DNA from: Verrucomicrobiota bacterium
GTDB taxonomy: Bacteria; Verrucomicrobiota; Verrucomicrobiia; Verrucomicrobiales; Akkermansiaceae
DNA length: 64,000 bases
NCBI GenBank assembly: GCA_017301995.1
Contig: JAFLEH010000005.1
Location: forward strand, 47,181 to 111,180
Direction: 5' to 3'
Shown: in pieces, positions 17,923 through 26,921 of the stretch
Layout of the letters: the number at the start of each line of letters is the position of its first letter
How positions within the stretch are numbered: position 1 is the stretch's first letter
Notes under the pieces: model-generated
The model's database searches: none
What the model was told of the DNA's origin: nothing
The model's input: only the letters and a program-made list of their open reading frames with translations
Position numbers and translations under genes: made by a program

Positions 17923-18560
17923 GCCCGTTGGGCCGCTGTCAACCGTCGCATCCCCTCCTCGCGTGCCCAGCGTGGCCAGCGGGCCATCAGCACGATGTCG
18001 TGGGCTGGGACATCCAGTTCAGGCGTCCACTCGGCGAGTCGGTGTTGTGTCGGATGGACGACCGCGCCCTGCCGCTTGAGGTTGGTGCCAATGGCGAACG
18101 CCTCCGCTACGCGGCAACTCCATTTGGTTTCAAGCACGCCGCGCCGCAGGGCCGGAATGGTGTCGGTGCGCATGGCGTAGGCCCCCATGATGACGCCCTT
18201 GCAGGAGAACACCGCGCCCGGTTCCCCAGCTTGGGGCAGCCAGCGGAGCGAACCGAGCCACATGTCCGGGTCGAGCTTGATGACGGTATCGGCACCGTGG
18301 GCCGTCGCCGCGTCGCGAAAGGTGTCCAACATGCCGACCGCGCACTCGGTGCCGTTGAGGTTGCCCTTGCGGTTGAAATCCGTGGCCACCACCCGGCATC
18401 CGGCGGCGCGGAGGCTATCACATACCTCCCCCGGCATCGGGTCGCGGGCGTCGTCTGCCACGGTGACCGCACAGCCAAGGTCCAGCGCCCGGGCCGCCGT
18501 GTGAACGACGAGCCCGCAGTCGCGGGAGTACGAGAATAGCACGGAGCAGACGGTGTTCAT
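17919..18560 (-). CDS. glycosyltransferase-like protein (213 aa)
   Basis: CSVLFSYSRD...FNRKGNLNGTECAVGML...VIKLDPDMWL is paralogous to the N-domain of 15314-16729. ATGA overlap with the upstream gene. Confidence 0.5.
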   Translation of the reverse strand: MNTVCSVLFSYSRDCGLVVHTAARALDLGCAVTVADDARDPMPGEVCDSLRAAGCRVVATDFNRKGNLNGTECAVGMLDTFRDAATAHGADTVIKLDPDMWLGSLRWLPQAGEPGAVFSCKGVIMGAYAMRTDTIPALRRGVLETKWSCRVAEAFAIGTNLKRQGAVVHPTQHRLAEWTPELDVPAHDIVLMARWPRWAREEGMRRLTAAQRA

Positions 18561-19648
18561 GACGGGGTGTCGGGGTGGCAGCACACCAGCACATCGCCGA
18601 AAATCTCGGTGACGATGCCATTCTCGGCCTTCACATAGCCGACGATGTTGTCCGGATAGGTCAGGTCCGGGCGGTCGCTGCGGATGATGAGTTCGCCGGT
18701 GGCTCCGGTTATGCCCTCGCCACCATAGGGGCCGCCGTATTCGTCGCACGGGGGAATCTCGATGGTGATGTCCCCGGCCGTTTTCACCAGGCCGTCCTCC
18801 CACTCGATCTTCTTGCCTTCGATGGGAACGCCATCGCAGTCGAGGAAGGTCAGCGACCCGGTTTCGGCATATTCCGGCGGAATGTATGGCGGTGGCGGCG
18901 GGTAGTCCGGATCAATCGAAACGTCGATCACATCGCCCTGTTCGGTGACGTGGATTGGCGAGGTGCCCTTGATCGTGCGGAATTTGTAGATGTTCTCATC
19001 CTCCCTGTGTTCCTTATAGACGCGTGCGTGATAGCCGACGTTCTGCCCGGTCCAGAGTTGCGCCCAGTGCTCGATGTCGCTCTGCTGATAGACCTTGACC
19101 CGTGGCACGCCGCCGTCGTTGTCGAGTCTGAGGAGCTTGACGTAGTAGTCGCCGGGACCGCCGGAGCCCTCGGGGTCTTCGGGATAGTAGTGGTTCCCGT
19201 CCTTGTCACTGGAACTGACGATGATCTGCGGCTTGCAGGAAATGATTCCCTCGTCATCGGTCTGGACCCGGCACCAGAGGATGTCGCCAAATGACATCTG
19301 AATCTCCGGCTTGGGGATTGAGTCAAGCGCCTTGCCGCCGTACTCCGGCATGTGGAACTTCACCGCCGGTTTTGATCCGGTCTTCGGCTGGCGCTCGATC
19401 ACCCAACCCTCCTTGATCGTGACCTTGTAACCGCCGCCCGACTTGGCGATGCCGATGACAGAGAACGGCGGCTGGCCTGGTAGGGCATCGAGAGGCTTTG
19501 GGGCGGCATAGGCGAAGCCGCCGGATGACGAGATGAACTTCAATCCGTCACCTGGGCGCGGCGTGCGGGCGGCGATGGCGTCTAGCAAAAGGTTCCAATC
19601 CTCTGCCATGATAGGATCGCCGGGTTTCTTTTTCTGCGGGAGTCTCAT
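18557..19648 (-). CDS. phage tail/baseplate structural protein, hypothetical
   Basis: Synteny downstream of the tape measure gene; no recognisable motif. Confidence 0.5.
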   Translation of the reverse strand: MRLPQKKKPGDPIMAEDWNLLLDAIAARTPRPGDGLKFISSSGGFAYAAPKPLDALPGQPPFSVIGIAKSGGGYKVTIKEGWVIERQPKTGSKPAVKFHMPEYGGKALDSIPKPEIQMSFGDILWCRVQTDDEGIISCKPQIIVSSSDKDGNHYYPEDPEGSGGPGDYYVKLLRLDNDGGVPRVKVYQQSDIEHWAQLWTGQNVGYHARVYKEHREDENIYKFRTIKGTSPIHVTEQGDVIDVSIDPDYPPPPPYIPPEYAETGSLTFLDCDGVPIEGKKIEWEDGLVKTAGDITIEIPPCDEYGGPYGGEGITGATGELIIRSDRPDLTYPDNIVGYVKAENGIVTEIFGDVLVCCHPDTPS

Positions 19649-19653
19649 GGCGG

Positions 19654-20382
19654 TCAGTCGTTGTAGATTTGGGCGTCCCAGCCGCCCCTGTCGCTGGCGA
19701 GCCATTCGTTCTCCAACCGGAACGCCTTGCCCTCCTGAGTCTGGGTGATGCCGTTCTTAAGCCAGTTGCGGCCACCCGCCAACGCTGGTGCGGGACCGGT
19801 CGGGGTGGCGATGTTGCCGATGTCGTTGAGTTCGGCGGCGGAAGCCGGCCGGTCGCGGACCCAGCTTTCGCGCCAGGTCACGCGGGGGCTGTAATAGCTC
19901 GTCTGGCCACGGTCGATCTTGCCGAGCGCCTCCTTGCCCCGGTCGCTCTCCACCTTGTCGCGCAGCTTGTTGCCCTGGTCGTCTTTGTCCTTGCCCGACT
20001 GGATGAGCTGGATCGCCTCGCGTTCCTTCTGCGGGATGTCCTTGTAGCGGAGGTGGGAGAGCAGCGGTTCCTCGGAGAGCGACAGGCCCATGGTGTAAAC
20101 CGCGTTGGCCTTTTCGTTTTCCTCGTCCTTTTCCTCCGCCCCCGCATACTGGCAGGTGATTTCTGCGAGGTCGCCCTCGGTGAAGGTGGCCGTGACTTGG
20201 GAGATTTCGATGAACGGCACTTCCGGATGGCGGGTGCCTGGGCGCGGCATGAGGGCGACGGCCGACGAGCGGTGGCAAAGGAAGATCTGGGTGGCCGTCC
20301 ACTTGCCCTCCTTGTCGATCTGGAGGGTGTATCCCGGCTGCGGATAGAGTTTTCCCGGCTGGATGGAAATATGGTGGGGCAT
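19654..20382 (-). CDS. phage distal-tail-like protein, hypothetical
   Basis: Immediately follows the tape measure gene. Start MPHHISIQ preceded by TTGACGC-N16. Confidence 0.5.
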   Translation of the reverse strand: MPHHISIQPGKLYPQPGYTLQIDKEGKWTATQIFLCHRSSAVALMPRPGTRHPEVPFIEISQVTATFTEGDLAEITCQYAGAEEKDEENEKANAVYTMGLSLSEEPLLSHLRYKDIPQKEREAIQLIQSGKDKDDQGNKLRDKVESDRGKEALGKIDRGQTSYYSPRVTWRESWVRDRPASAAELNDIGNIATPTGPAPALAGGRNWLKNGITQTQEGKAFRLENEWLASDRGGWDAQIYND

Positions 20383-20401
20383 CTTGCCCACTGGCACCGC
20401 G

Positions 20402-22153
20402 TCAACCGAACGCCGCGACTGCGGCACCGCCGCCGAGCTTGTCCACCTTGCGGTTGAGGTCGGTCAGCAGCCGGTTGGTTTCACCGGTGAGCCGGTTGTT
20501 CTCCCGCTGCGCGTCGAGCGCGCCGGTCGAATACCCGCCGCCGCCGACTTTGCCGAGCGAGGTCACGATGGGCTCCAGCCGGGCGGCGGTGGTGGCGGCG
20601 TTGGGCTTGTTGGATTCACCCGCCGGTTTCTCCGCCGCCTTCGCCACCTGTTTCGTTTCGTCGGGTTTCGGCATGGCGTCGCGGATCGAGCCGACCACCC
20701 TCGCGATGTCCTCCTTGAGTCCGGAGGTATCCACCAGCTCGTCGGTTCCGAAGCTGCCGGCCTTTTCCGCCGCGTATTTCACGCTTTCCCCGAGGCCGGC
20801 CGCGCCGCTGCCCATCAGTTCGCCCGCCGCCACAGTGATCCCGTCGGCAATGCCGCGCAGGCTTTCCTTCTGGGCCTCCAGCAGCGTGCCGAAGTCGTCC
20901 GTCACATCACCCTCCCCGAAGCCCAGCAGTTCGTCCATGCCGGGGATTTTCAGGAGCCCCTTGATGAGCTTGGCGGCCACCCAGTCCATTGCGGCACCCA
21001 GATAGGCGATTGGCATCTGGAAGGCGTTGAGCAGTGCGGCACCGAGCCCGGCGGCAAGACCCAGCATCGTCTCACCCAGCCCCTTCCACATCGCGCCGTC
21101 GGTGATGAGATACCAGAAGAACGACACCGCGAGCCGCAGTCCGCTCACCAGCGAGTTGATGGCGACGGCGAATCCGAGTTTGAGCGACGATGCGACCAAG
21201 TCCAACACCTGGCCGCTTTGAAAGGCGGCGATGACGAATTGAATCGCATCCCTGACCGCCGCACCGGCCGCAGCCGCCATCGGGGCCAGTTTGCCAATCA
21301 TCGCGATGGCATCGGCCATGAGCGGACGGAGCGCGTCGTTGATCGGCTGGCCGAGGGTGAGAAACACTTCATTGATAGAGTCCCTGAGCGTGGAGAACAG
21401 GCCGGATGTGGTCTTGCTCTGCGCCTCCATCATGCCCGAGAACCTGCCGCCCCGCGAGGTCATGTCGATGAACGCCTTCTCGATGTTAGGGAAGCCCACC
21501 TGGCCGGATTCCACGAGCTTCTTGACCTGCGAGTCGGACACGCCGAACTGCTTCGCGAGTTCCTGGATGATCGGGATGCCGCGCCCGGTTAGCTGGTTGA
21601 TGTCCTCGGCGAACAACCGCCCCTGGACCCGCGCCTTGCCGTAGAGTTCGGCGATCTCGTTGATCGGTGCCTGCACGCCCGCCGACACATCGCCGATGCG
21701 CCGCAGGGTTTCCGGCACCGAATCGGCGGATTCACCGAATGCGATGAGCTTGCGGCCGGCGTCGGCCAGTTCGGGAAATTCAAACGGGGTTTCCGCGCCG
21801 AGCTTGCGGAGCTTGGCCAGGGTTTCCTCGGCTTTTCCGGCATCACCGATCAGCGTGGCGAACGCCACCTTGGTCTGCTCGAAATCCGCCGCCGCCATGA
21901 CCGATTTCATGCCCACGCCCACGGCAGCGGCACCACCCGCCATCGCGGCTCCGATGGACGCTTTGAATGCAACGCCTGCGAGGTCGAACCCCTTGCTCAA
22001 GGCCGCCGCGCCGCCCTTGCCGAGTCCCGCCAGTCCCGCACCGGTGAGTTTCCCCATACGCTTGGCCGACGCCGCGACAAGTTCGGTGGCACCGGCCATC
22101 GCCTGCTTCAATGCGGTGATGTCTGCTCCAAGGGTGACGGTGAGGGCGCTCAT
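20402..22153 (-). CDS. tail tape measure protein
   Basis: Ala/Gly-rich helical protein with core FAEDINQLTGRGIPIIQELAKQFGVS...GQVGF...F..M typical of the TP901-type TMP core. Confidence 0.85.
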   Translation of the reverse strand: MSALTVTLGADITALKQAMAGATELVAASAKRMGKLTGAGLAGLGKGGAAALSKGFDLAGVAFKASIGAAMAGGAAAVGVGMKSVMAAADFEQTKVAFATLIGDAGKAEETLAKLRKLGAETPFEFPELADAGRKLIAFGESADSVPETLRRIGDVSAGVQAPINEIAELYGKARVQGRLFAEDINQLTGRGIPIIQELAKQFGVSDSQVKKLVESGQVGFPNIEKAFIDMTSRGGRFSGMMEAQSKTTSGLFSTLRDSINEVFLTLGQPINDALRPLMADAIAMIGKLAPMAAAAGAAVRDAIQFVIAAFQSGQVLDLVASSLKLGFAVAINSLVSGLRLAVSFFWYLITDGAMWKGLGETMLGLAAGLGAALLNAFQMPIAYLGAAMDWVAAKLIKGLLKIPGMDELLGFGEGDVTDDFGTLLEAQKESLRGIADGITVAAGELMGSGAAGLGESVKYAAEKAGSFGTDELVDTSGLKEDIARVVGSIRDAMPKPDETKQVAKAAEKPAGESNKPNAATTAARLEPIVTSLGKVGGGGYSTGALDAQRENNRLTGETNRLLTDLNRKVDKLGGGAAVAAFG

Positions 22154-22328
22154 GCGCCGGGGGTGGAGTCAACCGGGTGATGTGATTTTCACCCCTTCAA
22201 ATAATCCTGAAATTGTTCTTGACCGAGGAACCGCCGCTGCACGACACTCAGCCCTCCGGGAGGCAGCAGGATTGCGCAGTTGCATTCAGAAATCTCCCGG
22301 TTAACCAAGAGATAACAAAAGTAGTTAT

Positions 22329-22580
22329 ATGATAAGTAGCACAAGTAAGTTCAACGTCCACGACATTGTTTACAACAAGGGCGGTTTTGCCGTAGCACGC
22401 GGACATTGGGAAGGAAATAGCGATTTCAGCCTTGCTTGCCGATGGCATGAAGATGGCGGAATCGGTTATCCTCAGACATTCGGAAAGCCCCAATGGATGC
22501 TTTTGCCTAGCGATGCATCTGTGGAGATTATCGGCACGATGGATCCATCGAATACCCGAGTTTCAATCACATTAACTTGA
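22329..22580 (+). CDS. hypothetical protein (83 aa), low-GC moron
   Basis: AT-rich ORF on the opposite strand between the tape measure and chaperone genes. Confidence 0.45.
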   Translation: MISSTSKFNVHDIVYNKGGFAVARGHWEGNSDFSLACRWHEDGGIGYPQTFGKPQWMLLPSDASVEIIGTMDPSNTRVSITLT

Positions 22581-22693
22581 CCCAAAGAGGGATAGCGAAT
22601 GCACATTAGGCAAACCACCCCCAGGTGCATTCATGCTAGCAGCGTCTAGTCACTGGTTCTTTTCCTCAGGCTGTTTGTAATCCGCCTGAAGAT

Positions 22694-22730
22694 TTCTCGG
22701 CGTCAAATTGTGCCGAGAATCAGCTTGTTT
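22694..22730 (+). terminator. hairpin TTCTCGGC-N10-GCCGAGAA followed by a T-rich run, between convergent moron genes
   Basis: 8-bp perfect stem at 22694-22701 / 22712-22719, then tcagcttgttttc. Confidence 0.4.
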
Positions 22731-22731
22731 T

Positions 22732-23256
22732 CTAGCAAGCAAGATCCGGCAATGGACGAGTTCTAATCTTATCACGCAGAAGTTTTAGGTCTTTGCATCG
22801 GACGGAATCTACATGCGTTCTCTTTCTGTAGAGAGCGCCGGTTCCAAGGTCCAACTTCAGCCCACTATCGTAGTTATGTGCATGTGGGTTCGATGGGAAT
22901 GGGTCAGCGTCGTTAGCGTGAATGACCCACTGCTCTCCCTTGTGCTTGACCGTTTCCTCAGTGATCAGCCGTTCTATGCCTTCAGGCAAAATCGAGGAAT
23001 CAAGAGCAACCGTTTCGAGCACTATTATTTGTCCGACGTCTTCCCATTCAACTGCAGAGAGCAGGTGAATAGCCGTTTCTACTGTAGGCAACTCCCCATA
23101 GAGCAAGTCCATACAGCTACGTTTTCCTAGTACCCTCGCCAAGTTCTGCTGGAAATCCAACGGATCAATTTTGCTTCCACGCGTAGCCTGAATCCGCTCC
23201 CTTGCTTCGTGCGCAAAGGCAATCCAATTCGTTAGCCATTTTGAGAGATCGTCCAC
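22732..23256 (-). CDS. hypothetical protein (174 aa), low-GC moron
   Basis: AT-rich ORF with no recognisable domain; C-terminal PHAHNYDSGLKLDLGTGALY block. Confidence 0.5.
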   Translation of the reverse strand: MDDLSKWLTNWIAFAHEARERIQATRGSKIDPLDFQQNLARVLGKRSCMDLLYGELPTVETAIHLLSAVEWEDVGQIIVLETVALDSSILPEGIERLITEETVKHKGEQWVIHANDADPFPSNPHAHNYDSGLKLDLGTGALYRKRTHVDSVRCKDLKLLRDKIRTRPLPDLAC

Positions 23257-23259
23257 GGC

Positions 23260-23879
23260 TCAACTGTACCATGCTTTTCGCAACTCGTCGAGAGCGGAGC
23301 GTAGGACCTCGTGGGTGGGGCCGCAGGAGCTTGCAACGGTTCGCACCCCATTCCGCCGCAGCAGACAGTGCCGGTATTGGAACAGCCGTGCCAGCGGCAT
23401 GAACAGAATCCGCTCCTCGGGCCAGCCGGTTTCGGCGGCTATTGAGAACACCTGGGCGGCTAGGAAGCCGGGCTCGTCGCAGGGAGCGGCTTTTTTCCGC
23501 CGATACCGGCCACGGGATCGACCTGCGCCGCCTCCAGTTCACGGCTTTGTTCCTCCAGCCGCTTGAACGCGGTCTGGAAATCCGCTGGGGTCAGGCCGCC
23601 GCAGAAGATCAGAGCGGCTTCGCGGAACGCCTGATCGTTGAACGATGCCCGCACCACATCGGGCCACGGGGCGCAGTGGGCATAGGCAAAACCCATCAGG
23701 GCGCCGGTGAACTCGGGCGTCCCTTCGGCGGGCGTCTCTCCCTTGACCAGCGGGTTGCCGGTGCGGAGCAGCACATCGTAGCTGGCCAGCGATAGCGGGC
23801 GCATGGCGTGGCCGCCGACGATGGTCTCAATATCGTGGAAGGCGGCGGACAGGTGGGATTGGCGGTCGGTGTCGTTCAT
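23260..23879 (-). CDS. tail assembly chaperone -1 frameshift fusion (GT-like)
   Basis: The -1 frame is open from the slippery heptamer into ORF 23260-23451, reading ...GGKK/AAPCDEPGFLAAQVFSIAAETGW... Confidence 0.6.
23460..23879 (-). CDS. tail assembly chaperone (G-like)
   Basis: Lies between the major tail region and the tape measure gene. Carries the slippery site 11 codons before its TAG stop. Confidence 0.7.
   Translation of the reverse strand: MNDTDRQSHLSAAFHDIETIVGGHAMRPLSLASYDVLLRTGNPLVKGETPAEGTPEFTGALMGFAYAHCAPWPDVVRASFNDQAFREAALIFCGGLTPADFQTAFKRLEEQSRELEAAQVDPVAGIGGKKPLPATSPAS
23490..23496 (-). promoter_or_regulatory. programmed -1 ribosomal frameshift heptamer A_AAA_AAG
   Basis: Minus strand reads ggc gga aaa aag ccg; the heptamer is in X_XXY_YYZ register with the G frame. 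Confidence 0.65.
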
Positions 23880-23886
23880 GGAAGTT

Positions 23887-24288
23887 TCAGAGGTAGCGGA
23901 GGAACAGGTCTTCGGTGGCGGGGCTGGCGTTGAGAGGGATGAAGGCGATCTTGCCCCGGCGTTTGATGCAGGCGAGCGGCACATCCTGCTTCACCTTGTC
24001 CACCAGGCGGTCGCGGTTGAGCAGAGCGCACTTGATGTACGCGAACGGATGCTCCGGGTTGGCCAGGTGCCAGGTGTCGTCATGCCATGCGGCGATCAAT
24101 TCCTTGGTCTGGAACTTGCCGCACGGGCTTTGCGGATCGAAGAACCAGACGGTGCGCTCGCCGCGGATGCCATCGCCGACCACGCGGACGAACGGCTTTT
24201 CGGCGAGCGGGATGCCAACGGCGGTGAGGGCGGCGGCGAGGCAGGTGTTGCTGGTGGCGGTGGAGGAAATATGGGAGACGGCGTTCAT
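23887..24288 (-). CDS. phage structural-module protein, hypothetical (133 aa)
   Basis: Tightly packed in the tail operon; no motif. Confidence 0.5.
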   Translation of the reverse strand: MNAVSHISSTATSNTCLAAALTAVGIPLAEKPFVRVVGDGIRGERTVWFFDPQSPCGKFQTKELIAAWHDDTWHLANPEHPFAYIKCALLNRDRLVDKVKQDVPLACIKRRGKIAFIPLNASPATEDLFLRYL

Positions 24289-24316
24289 TTCGGAATCTCT
24301 GTGTTAGGTGGGGGGC

Positions 24317-24691
24317 TCACGCCCCAAGCGTGATGAAGGGATAGTGGGTCGCGGTGATGTCGATCTTTTCGAAATCCTCGTTGTTGAGGCTGCGGCTGAT
24401 CTGCATGACGATGGTGGTGCCGCCGGAGGTGGGAAGGTGGTCGGGGATGGCGTTGGCAAGGGCCAGCGAACTGCCGAGCTTGCCGTTGAACGCGGAGGTC
24501 TTGGGCACCAGGCCGGACAGTTTGACCTCGGTTTTGCCCTGATAGAGCGAGAGGCCCTGAATCTCGCCGCTGATATTCAGGACCGGCTTGTCCTGGATGG
24601 AGAAGTCAAACGATTGGTCATAGAGAATGATTCCCGACTGTGCGGTCGTGATACCCCAGTTGCCGGTGATGCCAAGAAGGTTAGCGGACAT
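24317..24691 (-). CDS. putative major tail protein (124 aa)
   Basis: Position between the tail-terminator-like gene and the chaperones. Preceded by TTGACAA-N12. Confidence 0.4.
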   Translation of the reverse strand: MSANLLGITGNWGITTAQSGIILYDQSFDFSIQDKPVLNISGEIQGLSLYQGKTEVKLSGLVPKTSAFNGKLGSSLALANAIPDHLPTSGGTTIVMQISRSLNNEDFEKIDITATHYPFITLGA

Positions 24692-24716
24692 GCCACGGGT
24701 CGCTTGTCAACCGCGC

Positions 24717-25142
24717 TCACACCGCCGACACCACCGCGTCATACCCCAGCACGGTTTCGCGACCGCGGGCCTCATCCGGAGTGGTGGCGCTGTCGCGGGG
24801 AATAATGGTGTGAAGGATGAAGGTGGTGGAGTTGAGCGCCGTCTGGATGGCAGGCTTGTCGCGCAGGATCGTCACCAGCGCCGCCGCCCATTCCGCGTGG
24901 GTTTCCGCCGGAGTGTCGTCCATCTGGCTGAACAGATGGACAGTCAGCTTGACCATCGCGGTGTCCGGCATGGACGGATAGGGCTTGGCCTCGGTGGCGT
25001 CGAGCACCACGCATGGGCGCGTGCGTAGTTCGTCGCGGCGGGCGACATGGATTGGCAGGTCGGCGGGGAAGCCTTCGGGGCGGTTGGCGTCCAGCCACAC
25101 GGCGAGCTTCGAGGTGAGTGCGTCTTCAATCAGGTTTGGCAT
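24717..25142 (-). CDS. tail completion/terminator-like protein (DUF3168-like)
   Basis: Synteny and size (141 aa). Start MPNLIEDAL preceded by TTGACGC-N16. Confidence 0.45.
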   Translation of the reverse strand: MPNLIEDALTSKLAVWLDANRPEGFPADLPIHVARRDELRTRPCVVLDATEAKPYPSMPDTAMVKLTVHLFSQMDDTPAETHAEWAAALVTILRDKPAIQTALNSTTFILHTIIPRDSATTPDEARGRETVLGYDAVVSAV

Positions 25143-25161
25143 CGTGCCCCCGGTGCCCGCG

Positions 25162-25971
25162 TCAACCGGCGCGACGGCGCAGGGCGTTGTTGGTCCGGTC
25201 GGCAATCACCTTCATGGAGGTGACCAGCGCCTTGCGAAGCCGTCCCGCCGCCACTTCCAGCGCAAGCGTGATTCCCTTGTGGGTGCTCACCTCGTCGATG
25301 TAGTCGAGCCGGTTGACCAGCGTGACCGCTGGCTTGTCGCCGGTCCTGACCGTGGCACTGCCCGGAGCCTGCTTGTGCCGGGTCACCCACTGTGCGGCAT
25401 CCCGCACCTTGCCGCCGATGTTCTTGGCGGCGTTGATCCACGATCCCTTGGCGAAGCCGACCCGCTTCTGGATTTTGGCGACATAGGAATCGAGCGCCTT
25501 CGGGCTGGTGACGATCTGGGCCGGGACCTTCCGTTTCACGTTGCCGTGGCGCCCGGTGCGGCTTTGCTGATGGAGTTTCGGGTCCAACCGGCCGACCGGC
25601 AGGCTTTTCCACGGCGAGTTGGACGAATGCAGCGCTTGCCCGGCCCTGGCAAACCGGCGGTTTTGGATATTTGCCCAGAATCTATCGGCGGCGGCCGGAT
25701 CGGACGCCCGCATCTTGTCGTAAGCGTCGGACGGCACGGCGAACACCTTGTTGATGTCACCGGCAACCGCCTTTTCGCCCTGCTGTTTCGCCTTCTCGGA
25801 AAACCCGAACGGTCGGGTGTTGCGGGCGAGTTCGACCGCCAGTCCTCGCGCCTCCTGCTTGACCAGCGATACGAGCGTGCGGCCGACCTTCTCCGGGTAG
25901 CGGCGAAGAAGGCGGGCCACATTGAACGCGCCCTTCATCCGGGCGGTGAAGCGGATTGCGTCGTCACTCAT
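25162..25971 (-). CDS. HK97 gp10-like head-tail connector protein
   Basis: Synteny between the head-tail adaptor and tail terminator; basic helical N-terminus. Confidence 0.45.
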   Translation of the reverse strand: MSDDAIRFTARMKGAFNVARLLRRYPEKVGRTLVSLVKQEARGLAVELARNTRPFGFSEKAKQQGEKAVAGDINKVFAVPSDAYDKMRASDPAAADRFWANIQNRRFARAGQALHSSNSPWKSLPVGRLDPKLHQQSRTGRHGNVKRKVPAQIVTSPKALDSYVAKIQKRVGFAKGSWINAAKNIGGKVRDAAQWVTRHKQAPGSATVRTGDKPAVTLVNRLDYIDEVSTHKGITLALEVAAGRLRKALVTSMKVIADRTNNALRRRAG

Positions 25972-26275
25972 CGGTGCTGATCAAGGTGAGTGTTAGGAGT
26001 GGTGAACGCGGATGGTTGGAAACCCTGCTGATGCGGTATCCGGCACCGTCCACCTCGATCTTCTCGCCGAACTTCGGCAGCGCGGTCGGGAACGCCAGTT
26101 TGGGCACCCGCACGCTCAGGTCCGGGGATTCGACCATGCCGCCCAGGTCGATCTGCTGCTCGTTGCGGATGCGGCTCGCCAGCACCAGAAGGTCGATGCC
26201 CTGCCACCGCGCCATCACGCCATGCTCGGCGAGAAGCTGCCGCAGGTCGGATAGAATGTCGGATTCAAGTCCCAT
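25964..26275 (-). CDS. head-tail adaptor-like protein (103 aa)
   Basis: Synteny. Preceded by TTGACAG-N12. Confidence 0.45.
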   Translation of the reverse strand: MGLESDILSDLRQLLAEHGVMARWQGIDLLVLASRIRNEQQIDLGGMVESPDLSVRVPKLAFPTALPKFGEKIEVDGAGYRISRVSNHPRSPLLTLTLISTDE

Positions 26276-26374
26276 GCCCCTGTCCCGCTGTCAAAATGAA
26301 ACACCCTCCCCGGTTGCCCGGAGAGGGTGAGTGTTATGCAAACAACCGCACATCACCCGATGCAAGGAAATGGG

Positions 26375-26887
26375 TTAGGAATACTCCCCAGCGACCAGAT
26401 TGACCCGGCAGGCGGCGGTGCCGTCGAGCTCGATGAGCGCCGGTCCCTCATTGACCACGAACACGGTCGGCGCGTTGGTTTCCTTGGAGGCGGCACCGAC
26501 CGGGATTTGGCCGGCGGTGGCCATCAGGTGGACCATGTCGCCTGGAGCGAGGGCCAGGCCGAGGTTGGCGTTGAGGGTGATCGACACCCCGGCTTGCACC
26601 GAGGCGACCACGCCGCGAACGCCGGTGCCGGTGACCGCGGAGAACAGCACCACCACATCATTGGCCGCCGCCCCGGCATAGGGCACGCAGTTGATGACAG
26701 TCTGGTTGGAAGCACTGGTGGCGGTGACGACGGTCGATTTCGACGGGGCCTTGAACAGCAGCAGCGAGGCCGCCTTGTCGGAGGTGGCGCTCACATACTG
26801 GACACGGATGCGGTCACGACCGCTGGCGGGGACGACCACATGGCTGAGGGTGGATCCGGCGTTGCCGGTGAAACTGAATGGAATCAT
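26375..26887 (-). CDS. head-associated structural protein, hypothetical (170 aa)
   Basis: Directly downstream of the capsid gene; Ala/Val/Ser/Thr-rich; C/A-rich leader. Confidence 0.5.
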   Translation of the reverse strand: MIPFSFTGNAGSTLSHVVVPASGRDRIRVQYVSATSDKAASLLLFKAPSKSTVVTATSASNQTVINCVPYAGAAANDVVVLFSAVTGTGVRGVVASVQAGVSITLNANLGLALAPGDMVHLMATAGQIPVGAASKETNAPTVFVVNEGPALIELDGTAACRVNLVAGEYS

Positions 26888-26921
26888 GGTTTGGATTGGT
26901 TGGGGGTTAGGGTTGGTTGGC

